A DNA stretch of 63,768 nt, the filler included, from Collodictyon triciliatum (Eukaryota), in assembly GCA_043381765.1 (NCBI GenBank). It is 9 parts of 9 records of this genome, joined end to end, with 100 filler letters (N's around TTAATTAATTAA, not from the genome) between each part and the next. Parts side by side here need not be neighbours in the genome. Positions count along the whole stretch, not along the records: positions 52,339 to 59,706 come from JBHJMP010003932.1; positions 59,807 to 63,768 come from JBHJMP010004042.1; 7 more parts are not named here. The stretch is one strand, 5' to 3'. A program made the translations under genes and the position numbers. The number at the start of each line of letters is the position of its first letter. Position 1 is the first letter of the stretch. This document shows positions 52,339 to 63,768 of the stretch, piece after piece. A model generated the notes under the pieces. That model ran no database searches. It worked only from the letters and a program-made list of their open reading frames with translations, and was not told the origin of the DNA.

Positions 52339-54499
52339 ATTTTTTTTTTTTCCCCCCCCCCCCCCCCCCCGACTAACCAAGGATATGGTAGACGGTTCAT
52401 GCCCTTTTTTTGTTTTACGATTACCATCATTCACGTATATTCATAAAATCCTTTTTATGCATACATAATATTTTCGTATATTTGTGTTGGTTTATATGAT
52501 GATTTATTTATTTAATCCACCACATATAGTATGACTTCTATGATTGTTTCATATCGATGATTCTATCATTTTAATGAGTCCTTAATATTGTTCGGTTTAT
52601 TCCTATTCGGTCAGAATATGGCCGAGTACAAGTATTAATCCATAAAATTTTATTGATAATCTAAATTAATCTTTTTTTCTATCAAATATTAGGATTCAGC
52701 TTGCCTGCATTGATAGAGATTTAAACTAATTGAATAGCTAAACTTTCAGTTCTAAAATATCTCTTTAAATGATTGTGTTTGTAAATTGAATAATATCAAT
52801 ACCTTTTTTTGTATCATGAGTTTTAGCTTTTTATAAACACTGATTTTATCTTGGGTTCCAAAGGAACTAAAAAATCACATGGTTTAGAGCTCAATGAAAT
52901 ATAAGATTGACATAAAACATATCGCTTTTAATAGACAAAAGAATATAGTCAATTTTTGATCGATATAACTTATGAGTGCTTTGGATTTGATTTAATGAAT
53001 AATATGAATATGGAAACTGACATACGATTGGATTTTTAAGATAGTTGGTTGACTTGAATCCAAATTGATAGCTTCCTTATATAGAATGAAATAATCACGA
53101 TGAAACATATACATGAAAATCTATAGTGAATCTTATCGCTAATCACTGAACCTCTTAGAGATGATACCCAGCTCTCACAAAACATCATATTTTGGTACTT
53201 CAATCAGTTGCTAATGTAAGTTTACCGAATATTAGGATGTGACTCATCGCTTGGCCGCCATTTCCATACATAGATGGTTGTACTTCATGAGTAAGCATAG
53301 TTCTAAAACAATTAGTAATCCAGCTTACTGAAGGAAGATTTCATAAAAACTCAATTTTAGACTTTTAAATCCAGAACAAATTTATTGGAAGCCATGTTCA
53401 AGGGCGATATCATTTTTCTCATATAATAATTATTAGATATAGTCAAGCAAACAGGGTTTCTTTAATATTTGATTTAATGTAATTTATCTGATAATATGGC
53501 TGTTTTAACCTCTGGTTGCTTGATTAATTACTGTGTAGTTATACGGTTAACACTAAGAGGATTCAAATAAATGGTTCTTCTTATTCTAACATTTTTCATT
53601 TTGATTATGAATAACAATTTATACGAATGCAGCAACGAAGAACATTTTTTTATAATTTGGAACTGACATTTTAATTTTAGGAATGACTAAAGTTCTGGCC
53701 GTCACAATGATTTATGCAAATAGTTCCATTATCTTTTAATTATTTTATTCATTAATCAACTCATATGAAATTCAAAATTATAATATTCTTATCTATCATA
53801 ATTCATTTGTATTTACAATCATACGTTTTAGCTTATCGGTGAATATCCTGAGATGCTGAATGATATATTATTTATCTGATTTTTATGAAGTTGAAAGGAG
53901 AGAGAATTATAAATAGTGAATAATGATATATGAGTGTACGAAAAGACAAGTGGTTTACGGATATGAGATTGATTTATTACAAGGAAAGTTTAAAATATAA
54001 ATAAGACAGTTAATGTAAAAAATCATGAAATAGAATTAAAAAATAAATTTAAACACTAAAAAATTCATTCATTTTCCTACGCAATATGTTTGTGTTGATT
54101 TATTTTAATAAATAATGCATTATTTTAATTGTATCAACTTTATATCACATGTAAAATCTATAATATTTGATAATATTTGACAAAAAATTAAGCTTCGATT
54201 TGAGAATTACTTAATTTAATACTGAATATTTTTGAAATCATACTTGCTGAATATTCCTATGTTTGGTGAATAAAATATCGGCAGAACTGATAATATTCAA
54301 CTTATACTGAGAAGTAAATTGCAATAGGATAGTAATGTACTCACCAGACGACAAAAGAACTGATTTCCGACGCGATAATATCTTCGAATCGAGAAGGACA
54401 TCTCCCAAAATTTCTGCAACGTGCGTTTCATATTTCAATATGCGATAAATACATTTGATTAATCTGTCTTAATTTTAAATATATATAACCAGAAATAAG

Positions 54500-57400
54500 A
54501 TGCTTTTGGTTGCCTTTGTTGCCATCGTTTTCATTGGTTCATCGGCATCCTCAATTCATCCACGTCAAAGGTATATTTTTATTTATGAATATTTATAAAA
54601 TATACTTTCGACTCTAATGATGAAAACAGATGCCAGTATTCAAGAGATGAGTTGCTTTCCATGAAAGTCGAAGATGCATTCCAAATTCTGTTGAGCCACT
54701 ACGATGAGACATGTCCTTTGTTAAAAGAGAATGAGGATAACTTTTCAGGGTTGATAAATGGCTGCAAAGATGGAGGATACTCGCTAGAAAATGGACATGG
54801 TGCTGAATGGAATTACGGAAGAAAATTAACATCTAGTAATGTCGATTTCTACAAAGATATTCATTCGCCAAAACGAAGTGGAAACAGAGAATGGGGGTTG
54901 AGGAATGAAGAGAACCGAAATGTGGCCGATGGAAATACTGGGACTCAATACGAACTGCTTGTCCAACTTTATGGCTTACTTGGCGGCAACAATTGGTTTC
55001 GGAACACTGGATGGAAGAATGAAAGTACCCCGATTTGTGATTGGTATGGAATATCCTGCAGTCGGCGTTGTTCGGATGAGGACTATAAGGTGATTTCATG
55101 AAAAGATAATCAAATCTATTGATTTCATACTAAACACTTTTTCTTTTTATTTATAGAGCAACACATGTCCCATATTCAGAATCAGTATGTCTGGAAACAA
55201 CCTTAACGGTGACATTGAAGCTGCGTCTGTAGATTTTCGAGAAGCTCCAATTGTTGAATTACTTGGACATGAGCTACAACTTCATTTACGGAAATCTTCC
55301 AGACTTTAATCTCCCTAGTATTACGTATATGAACCTCTATGTGAATCGAATCAATGGAACGATTCCAGACTTTCAAGGAATGCCGAATATTCAACATCTT
55401 GAGATTGATGGGAATGAATTGGAAGGAACAATACCAAATTTTTCTGGAATACAGTCACTGAAGAAATTGTACATTGGTGCAAGTGAAAAAATTACAGGTA
55501 TCAAGTAACATCCAAGTAGATTTATTCTGAATTCTAATGATTTTTCCATTTCAGGAACTCTTCCAGATTTCTCAGCGTTGCCAAATATTCAGATTCTTTG
55601 CAATTTATAGCTGCAAAGTTTATGGTTTGTTTTTAATTATTTTATTCAAAGTGATGGCATAGAATTACTAACTTTTTTATATTTATTTTAGGAACAGTTC
55701 CAAACTTCAATGGAATTCCAAATGTTGAAATAATTTCTCTTCTCAGCAATCAATTGAATGGTAAGTTTTATCATTATCTCATGTGTTATTGATAAAAACT
55801 AATGTCACATTACAGGAACAGTTCCAAACTTCAGTGGTATTCCAAATGTTGAAATAATTTATCTTTACAACAACCAGTTGACTGGTAAGTTTTATTATTA
55901 TTTTCATGTGTTATTGATAAAAAAAACTAACTTTTTATTACAGGAACTGTTCCAAACTTCAGTGGAATCCTGAATGTTTTAGAAATTTGGCTTGGCGACA
56001 ACCATTTGACTGGTAAGTTTTATTATTATTTCATATATTATTGAAGCAAAAAAAAAACTAACTTTATATTATAGGAACGGTTCCAAACTTCAATGGAATT
56101 CCAAATGTTTTAATAATTTCTCTTTCCAGCAATCAATTGAATGGTAAGTTTTTATTATTATTTCATTCATTATTTATAAAAAACTAACGTTACATTACAG
56201 GAGCGGTTCCAAACTTCAATGGTATTCCAAATGTTTTAATAATTTCTCTTTACAACAATCAATTGAATGGTAAGTTGTTATTATTATTTCATGCATTGTT
56301 TATAAAAACTAATGTCACATTACAGGAACCGTTCCAAACTTCAGTGGTATTCCAAATGTTTTAGAAATTTATCTTTACAGCAATCATTTGACTGGTAAGT
56401 TTATATATTTTCATTTATTATTGATAAAAAAATTAACTTTACATTACAGGAATGGTTCCAAATTTCAGTGGAATTCCAAGTGTTAAAATAATATCTCTTT
56501 TCATCAATCAAATGGGTGGTAAGTTTTAATTTTATTTTTGTATTATAGGTACAAAACTAACGTTATATTACAGGAACCGTTCCAAACTTCAGTGGAATTC
56601 AGAATGTTTTAAGTATTTCTCTTTCCAGCAATCAATTGACTGGTAAGTTTTAATTATTATTTCATATAATATAAAAAAGAAGCTAACTTCATATTACAGG
56701 AACCGTTCCAAACTTCAGTGGAATTCCAAATGTTGAAAGGATATATCTTCACATCAATCAAATGGGTGGTAAGTTTTAATTTTATTTTTGTATTATTTAT
56801 AAAAACTGACGTTACATTAAAGGCACAGTTCCAAACTTCAGTGGAATTCCAAATCTTGAAAGGATTTATCTTGGAAACAACCAATTGAATGGTAAGTTTT
56901 AATCATTATTTTCATTTGTTATTGATACAAAACTAACTTTATACAATAGGAACCGTTCCAAACTTCAGTGGGATTCCAATCGTTTTATGGGTTTATCTTT
57001 ACAACAACCAATTGAATGGTAAGTTTTAATCATTATTTTCATGTATTATAGGTACAAAACTAACTTCATATTACAGGAACCGTTCCAAACTTCAGTGGGA
57101 TTCCGAATGTTATAGAGATTTGGCTTGGAATAAACCAATTGAATGGTAAGTTTTTATAATAATTTCATGTAATATTGATACAATACTAACTTAATACTGT
57201 AGGAACAGTTCCAAACTTCAGTGATATTCCGAATGTTGAATTAATTGATATTTCCAGCAACCAGTTGACCGGTAAGTTTAATTATTATTTTCATGTAATA
57301 TTGATGAAAAACTAACTTTTTATTAAAGGAACCGTTCCAAACTTTAGTGGAATTCCAAACGTTTCATGGGTTTATCTTGGAAACAACCAATTGAATGGTA

Positions 57401-59706
57401 AGTTTTATTATCATTTTAATGTAATATGAGTACAAAACTAACTTAATAAAACAGGAACCGTTCCAAGCTTCAGTGGAATTCCAAGTGTTGAAAGGATTTC
57501 TCTTTACAGCAATCAATTAACTGGCAAGTTATACTATTATTACATGTATTATTGATGAAAACTAACTTTATATTACAGGGACCGTTCCAAACTTCAGTGG
57601 AATTCCAAATGTTGAAAGGATTGATATCGAAAACAATCAACTGGATGGTAGGTTTTATATAATAATTTTTTGAATTATTGATGAAAAACTGACTTCATAC
57701 TACAGGGACCGTTCCAAACTTTAACGGAATTCCAAGTGTTAGAAGAATTTATCTTGACAGAAACGGATTGAATGGTAATTTCTACATATTTTACCTTTCT
57801 ATTTCTTTGATTTATATATTTCCTGTAATATTAATGAGCAATTTTAGGCGCAATTCCAAACTTTTCAAATATGCGTAAACTGGAGATTTTTTCTTTTTAT
57901 GACAATCAACTGGAGGGAGAGATTCCAGATTTCAAAGATTGCATAAACATCAAGGAAATAGTGTTGTTCCGCAATAAGTTTTCAAGCACATTACCGATGT
58001 TCAATCTGAATAACCTGACAAGACTGGATGTGAGCGAAAACCAAATTATTGGCTCTATCCCAGAAAATTGGATATTGCCTTCAATTAAATACATCGAATT
58101 GTCTTGGAACAAAATGAACGGCACAGTCCCAACCTATTTTCAGGGATTATTAGAACTGAAATCACTCGTTTTGTCTCACAATAAATTCTCTGGAAGCATG
58201 CCTGATTATTTTTGGAATCTGCCTAATATAGTCACTATTGATTTAAGAAACAACTCATTTTCAGGAAATGTTGCTGATTTTATCTCACCAGCTTCAGGCA
58301 ATTACGATTATTTTTATGAAAACCTTTTGCTTGATGACAACCAATTGAATGGAGCATTGAATTATAGACTTTTGGACTTTGTTATTAACATAAAAATTTT
58401 AAGCCTTAAGAATAACAACATCTCCAAGCTTGATTACCTTACAACTCTATTGAGATGGACTTCCCTTGACCTCACTGGAAATCCGATTGTTGGAAGCATT
58501 CCCGAATCATACATCGGGTTTTCAAAGCTTGAGTATCTGGGATTAAATAAAACATCGATGAATCACGGAACAGCTAATTTTCTTCCTGATTTCATGAATT
58601 TCACAACATCTTTCAATCTCCAAGATGAAACAAAACGCTACCTTTGTCCTTCTATTATTTCGAAATCTGGTCTGATTGAGTTAGAGGTTGACTTGAATCC
58701 AGAATACTATGACTTTGAATTTTGTAAATGCTTACCTGGTTATTTCGGCTTTGGAAATAATTGCGTTCGATGCCCAAGAGGATGTGATTGCCTTGATGGA
58801 ACGTCCTTGAAATTCTGTCATGCTTCACCAAGCATCACCTCTGTGAAATCAATACTGCCATGTCCACGTCGTGAGTCATGTGATATGTCGATTCCAGAGA
58901 AAATTTCGAATTCAAATACGACGGTCGAAATCATAGACCTGTGTCAAGAGGGCTATGAAGGTAATGCCTGCTCAAAATGTCAGAATGGATACGGAAATCA
59001 AGGAAGGTCGTGTTTGAAATGCGATAAAGGAACGATTTATTTAACCCTGATTCTTGCTTCGATTGGATTCTTTATGTTCATTTTCTATCTGTATTTCACA
59101 GAGACATCAAAATCAGGTAAATGTTACTAAATTATTTCACTTCATTCTTCTTATATTAATCAGAATATTTTTGTAGCGAAACTCAGGATAATAATGTTCC
59201 ACATGCAAACACTGTCGATTGTGTCCAGTGGAATCGTTCTTTCAGAAGATGCAAACAGCTTTATCGAAGTTTCATCGTCGATTGGTTCAATCCAATTTCC
59301 CAACCTTTCCTGTGTCCTTGGAGTAGACGATGTGTTTGCTTCTCTGATGTTCAGTTTTGTAAGAATACCAATCTTTATCGTCGTTGGCTCAGTCACGTAC
59401 TATTTCGGATATGGACACAAGCAGAACAAAGTAAGGATGAAAAAATACATTCAGTTATGAATATCCATATTGTTTCAGCTTCATCTTTAGTAGTACTAAA
59501 TTAATTATTTTGGCAGGCTGTTTTCATCGCATTGAATCTTCTGTTTTTTATATACTACTCGGTTGCAAGAGAGGTGTTTGGTGTTTTTGGATGCACCGTT
59601 TATGATGAAGGTGTGAATAAATGGTATCTGAATTTCAAGCCCTGGATTCAATGCAGCCCAGCCTCGGATGAATATCAAAAACTGCTCGCAATATCTGTCC
59701 CAGTTT
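54500..59706 (+). CDS. LRR receptor-like protein: signal peptide, LRRNT cap, about 30 plant-type (GxIP) LRRs, Cys-rich region and multipass membrane domain; 3'-truncated, with two apparent +1 frameshifts
   Basis: MLLVAFVAIVFIGSSAS signal; cap LVQLYGLLGGNNWFRNTGW...ICDWYGISC; LRRs of the LxLxxNxLxGTxPxF type; CQEGYEGNACSKCQNGY...CLKC; TM region KLRIIMFHMQTLS...YYSVAREVFGVFGC...YLNFKPWIQC, as in protist GPCR-related multipass receptors. The frame breaks near 55235 and 55598. Confidence 0.85.
55555..57847 (+). repeat. Tandem array of 18 exon+intron units (about 126-bp period), each exon encoding one 23-aa LRR
   Basis: 69-nt phase-1/phase-1 exons start at 55692, 55816, 55944, 56075, 56201, 56326, 56450, 56574, 56700, 56823, 56950, 57077, 57203, 57329, 57455, 57579 and 57706; a 70-nt exon starts at 55555. 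Introns are mostly about 55-60 nt, with GTAAGTT donors, AACTAAC-like branch sites and AG acceptors. Confidence 0.95.
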
Positions 59707-59806
59707 NNNNNNNNNNNNNNNNNNNNNNNNNNNNNNNNNNNNNNNNNNNNTTAATTAATTAANNNNNNNNNNNNNNNNNNNNNNNNNNNNNNNNNNNNNN
59801 NNNNNN
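59707..59806. other. Artificial contig linker
   Basis: N44-TTAATTAATTAA-N44. Confidence 0.98.
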
Positions 59807-59837
59807 TTTTTTTTTTTTTTTTTAGTTTATAAAATTT

Positions 59838-59870
<33 letters not shown>

Positions 59871-60695
59871 GATTATAATAAAAATAATAATAAAACACAG
59901 TGATATTAATATATACTTAATATAGTATGTGTTGATATCATAAATAGAAAAACGATAATTTCAAATAATAAGAACTGAGATGCGCCACATTTAGTGCACG
60001 CTCTCATCTAACCATCTGTCATATGGCTCTTATCATGATGTATGGGACGTGTTAGATGATTCCCTTTTTTTTTAAATGGAAAGAAAAATGAGAGAAAAAT
60101 GAGAGAAGGATTTGGTAGGTAAAAAGAATAAAAGAAAGAGTGACGATGATGGAAAAAAAAAGTAGACGAAATGAACGAGAAACAGACGAACTGACTATAT
60201 AAGAAGAAGCAACTCATTTCGGTAATGTTGTATTATTCTGTGGGGTGATAAAAAAAAAGCAAGAAAGGAAAGAAACGGCTTTTGTGTGACGATTTCTTTC
60301 TTCCTTTTTTTTTTTTTTTAATATCACAGGTGAATCTGTTATAGAACCACTGCGAAGGAAAAAGAAAAGAAAAGCTTCCAATATAAAATTGAAGTGCATG
60401 CAACCGCAATAACCAGCAACAATCAAGCCCAAACGCAGAGCCGATTTTGGTCGGATGGGCTGTTCGCCTTTCGCTTCTTCTCTCATTTGCGACCCCACTG
60501 GCCTCCTCCTGGGGCATTTGGGTTGAAGAAGAAAAACCCTTGGGCATCGCGCTTCTCTTGCACGGCGGGGTCCTCCTGAAAGCGCACTTGCTAATAGCCA
60601 ATAGTACATCAATCAATCGAGTATGGAAAAAGGACGTGCAAGAGGTTTGACGAGAGCGAAAAGAAAAAAAAAGAAGGGGGGGATGAAATATATAA

Positions 60696-63600
60696 TCAAG
60701 ATAAAACCTTCTTTGAAGTGTGTTCGGGCTTAGAATTTGACGACGCCGTTAGTGAGTTCGACGCACTAGAGGACAAGTCCGACGGAGCCTGCTCCGGATT
60801 AGAGCTCATAGACGAACGAGGGGCAAAATACTGCACATTCGGCGGAGTTGCAGAGGGCGATGACGATGATGGTCCTTGAGAGACAGAATTGATACCAACG
60901 TGTCTCGATTGCGCTTGCTGATAATAGGAAGGTGGAGCAGGTTGTGCAAAAGAAGTTTGAGTTTGAGTTTGAGTTTGAGACTGGGCCTGGGGTTGAGACT
61001 GAGGCTGAGGCTGAGGCTGTTGTCCCACATAAGAGCTCTGTCCGCTCAACCCACTAACTGCGTAGTTGTGCCCACCAAGCTCACTTGGGCTCGCAGAAGC
61101 AGCTGTCGTGCCTGGCGGCGTTTGATGTGTCCTGAGAATCCCGTGCGCAGGTGGCGGAGCCACTGCAAAGCTTGGCGTCTGTCCTGCTTTTCCAGAGGCA
61201 GATTGGGATTTCTTATGCCCAAACCCGCTCATTAGGCTCTTTTTGAACGCGTCGAACGTGTCGCTAGTGTCCGCGTTTCCGCCGTTGCTGTTGATGTTGG
61301 CGTTGCTGTTGCTGTTGCTGTTGCTGTCAGATAAGAGCGACTCTGACACAACTCGTCGGATGCCCGGGCGTGAATCGGCATCTGCTCCCTGCTGCATCGA
61401 AGGGCCACCGGGATTGAGGCCGTAGGGTGTGGCCGCAGCGGGTGGGTATTTCCCTTGCAGTGGTTGTGTGGAAGGTGTAGACAAGTTTGAATTTGGGTTT
61501 GCAGATACATTTGGATCTGTGGCCATATACTCGTCATCGTCTTTCTTCTTTTTCGTCGACGTCATGTTTTTGAGGAACTTTGGCAGTTTCAGCTTGCTCT
61601 CAGAGAGCACGCGGTGGACGCCCTTGCGAGGCGAGTTGAGTTCGTCCGGCGGATTCCCAAAATCGGTGTCCACCTTGTAAGGGTTGAAAGCAGCTGCAGG
61701 GTTAGATAACGCCGGGGTTGGCGGTTTCGTAGAGGTGCTGGTGGGATTAGTGGGCGGCACGTTTAAAGCGAGTGGATTTGCTGCTTGCCCTGGTGGAATA
61801 GTTTGGCCGCTTGTGGGCTTTGAAGGTTGCGTAAACGTGTTTGGGACTTGGAGTTGGGGTTGAGTTTGGGGTTGAAGTTGGGGTTGAAGTTGGGGTTGAG
61901 TTTGGGTTTGAGTTTGAGGGGTGCTTGAAAAGCTTCCACTCGTGCGATATGGGCCCGATGACGCCGATGTACCATAGTTGTAGCTTTGGGTAGAGAAGAG
62001 CTTGCTTTGCTGTGATTGTGGCTGTGACTGTGACTGTGATTGCGCACTCTGTTGCGGTGGCCCGATGGATTGGGGCTGGGTCAAGGCCTGCTCGGCCTTA
62101 ATTCGTAGCTGTGTTTCTTGTGAGAGCCGGGTCTTGAGAAGAGAGTTAGTTGATTAGTGAATAAGAAAATAGCTGTTTTTTTTTTTCTGAAATGTAAAAT
62201 AAATGCGGCATTACATGCAAAAGTTCCACGTGAATTATGGAATTATTAAATATATATTAATTGTGCAGCCTTAAAAAAAATAGCATACCTTGTATATTTC
62301 AAGCTCAGACTGCAACCATTCAATCATTCTCTGGGATGATTGATTTTGGGACGTAGAGGTACGGTCGAGAGACTGGGCTGTCAATTCCTGTACCTAAATA
62401 TACAAGTGTATATCTTAGTACTAAGGAGAGAAAAGAAGCATTATGTTTTAGTATTTTGAAAGAAAGGCGAAGATTATTTACTAGCATGTGTATGAAACTG
62501 AAGCATGTACTAGCATGTGTGGTTATGTAATCCTGACTATTTTTTTTTTTTTACCATTATCACTAAAAAAAAAAGAAGAAGAAGAAGAAAAAAAGGGGTA
62601 GGGGTGTCTCCAGAAAAGAAACGAAGGAATCCACACTTGATTTCGGAGGGCCTTATTTTGTTCTTCCAGAATTATCTTTGTTGATTTGATTTCTTCAACT
62701 TGAGCATACATGGCTCTCATTTGTCCCTCGAGGCGCAGATTCTTTTCTTTTTCCTTCCCAAGCTGTTCCTATGGTATTATGGTTATGATTATTATTTTGA
62801 AAATGATTACCGTTTGTTTGTAAGTCCTAGAAGAGGCTATGTCGAAATATTGATAATATAGTTCTTTCATAAAATACAATATGAATCTATCGAATATTAA
62901 CGCCATAGTAAGATGCATGCAATAAACCACAGACCAGGAATAAGGAGCTGGGTATTCAAAGTTATATATGACTTATGGACGAAGATACGATAAAAGTGGT
63001 GAAATCAGTTATACTTGTAGAGAGCCAATTTGGTCGTACAAAGATGATGAATACGTCGAGTTATCGACCTTGTCCACTAAAAAATCAATAACGCAACTCG
63101 TTGAATAAATAAATGACCATACCAATAGGTATTAAATAAATTGTAGAGGTGTCTCCGTGCATCCCAACCTGCTGATGAAGTCATGAGCGGAGTCGAGGGA
63201 CCGGAGTTTGGCATGGAGGGCTGATTCACACTTACTGACGAGCTCAAAGCCGAGTTGGATGACAGAGTCTGATTCGACACCGACTGGGAAGTGAATGACG
63301 CGTGGGGCGAGTGCGACTGGGACTGGGACTGGGATTGGGATTGGGATTGGGATTGGGATGAGGCGTATGCATCGTAGTAGCGCGGATTTGCAGTGCTTTG
63401 GCCGTGAAACTGGTTCGAGTAATGAGCAGCTGGGACGGCGTTGGAACCGGGATTATGGTTGGCTGCAGATGTTGGAGGAGCCGCAGTTGTTTGGAGCAGC
63501 GCGTCGTGGGGATATGGCGAGGCAGAAGCGGCTGAGTGGCCCGAGGACGTGGCCGACGTTGCCGAGGCCGAAGCCATGGGGAAGGAATACGGACTGCCGA

Positions 63601-63697
63601 AGTTGTACGGCGAGGCCGGCATTCGTGGATTGCGGGACGGCAGCGGAGCCCAAGAGGAAGGCTGCCTCGGGTCGTAGAAGTCGCGCGGTCGAGACAT
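60696..63697 (-). CDS. Multi-exon low-complexity (S/Q/P/T-rich) protein with a central coiled coil, function unknown
   Basis: Exon 1 MSRPRDFYDPRQ... (ATG 63697). Short internal exons VDKVDNSTY..., EQLGKEKEKNLRLEGQMRAMYAQVEEIK...ALRNQ and VQELTAQ...IEWLQSELEIYK have GT-AG ends. The long last exon runs TRLSQETQLRIKAEQALTQPQ...KKVLS*. Confidence 0.72.
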
Positions 63698-63768
63698 GGG
63701 TTGTTAGGTGGCTGGATTTGTGCTTAGTTAGCTAGTTTCTAGTTATAAAAGTGGGAGGGTAGGGTTCT

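Noticed and set aside
52339-54499. 2.1-kb AT-rich region upstream of the LRR receptor, checked for spare LRR cassettes or a recombinase
   Set aside because: No GTVPNF-like exons, long ORFs or clear repeats were seen.
55555-57847. CRISPR-like appearance of the 126-bp repeat array
   Set aside because: The conserved parts encode LRR scaffold and splice signals, the variable parts are homologous to each other, and no cas genes are present.
7387-59806. Regularly spaced TTAATTAATTAA palindromes, and apparent clustering of virus, retroelements and receptors
   Set aside because: The spacers are artificial six-frame-stop linkers between size-sorted contigs, so neither the periodicity nor cross-contig neighbourhood is biological.
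60008-60650. Short ORFs downstream of the contig-9 gene, and plus-strand ORFs opposite it
   Set aside because: No motifs or splice support; probably UTR/intergenic sequence or antisense shadows.

Overview
This window is not one locus. It holds nine unrelated pieces: eight complete contigs of 7365-7386 bp, roughly size-sorted, plus a partial ninth. They are joined by artificial 100-nt linkers (44 N + TTAATTAATTAA + 44 N), so gene order across linkers means nothing. The source is an AT-rich, intron-dense eukaryote with GT-AG introns, the standard code and many microsatellites; gene content suggests a protist (inference). Contig 1: 3' part of a soluble adenylyl cyclase-type STAND NTPase/TPR gene. 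Contig 2: a PPEF/PP7-like EF-hand phosphatase with nearly all catalytic residues replaced. Contig 3: a membrane-anchored pappalysin-like metalloprotease with LNR inserts, between two copies of a degenerate retroelement. Contig 4: an intronless Polinton-like virus/virophage-like segment (penton, fibre, small basic ORF, >1500-aa ORF) with a shared TCT-N6-GA[A/C]T-ATG upstream motif and a 32-bp palindrome joining two convergent stop codons. Contig 5: an AIR9/SCAB-like Ig-PH gene, an intronless multipass membrane ORF and an L1/Tx1 ORF2 remnant. Contig 6: a kelch-CUB-TM-TKL kinase/degenerate cyclase/kinase receptor. Contig 7: the C-terminal half of a BIG/Sec7 ARF-GEF. Contig 8: an LRR multipass receptor with 17 intact 69-bp one-LRR exons (plus one frameshifted exon) that vary mainly at the ligand-contacting positions. 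Contig 9: a low-complexity coiled-coil protein. The LRR exon array and the virus-like contig are the most interesting. All family calls come from motif recognition by eye; no database search was run.
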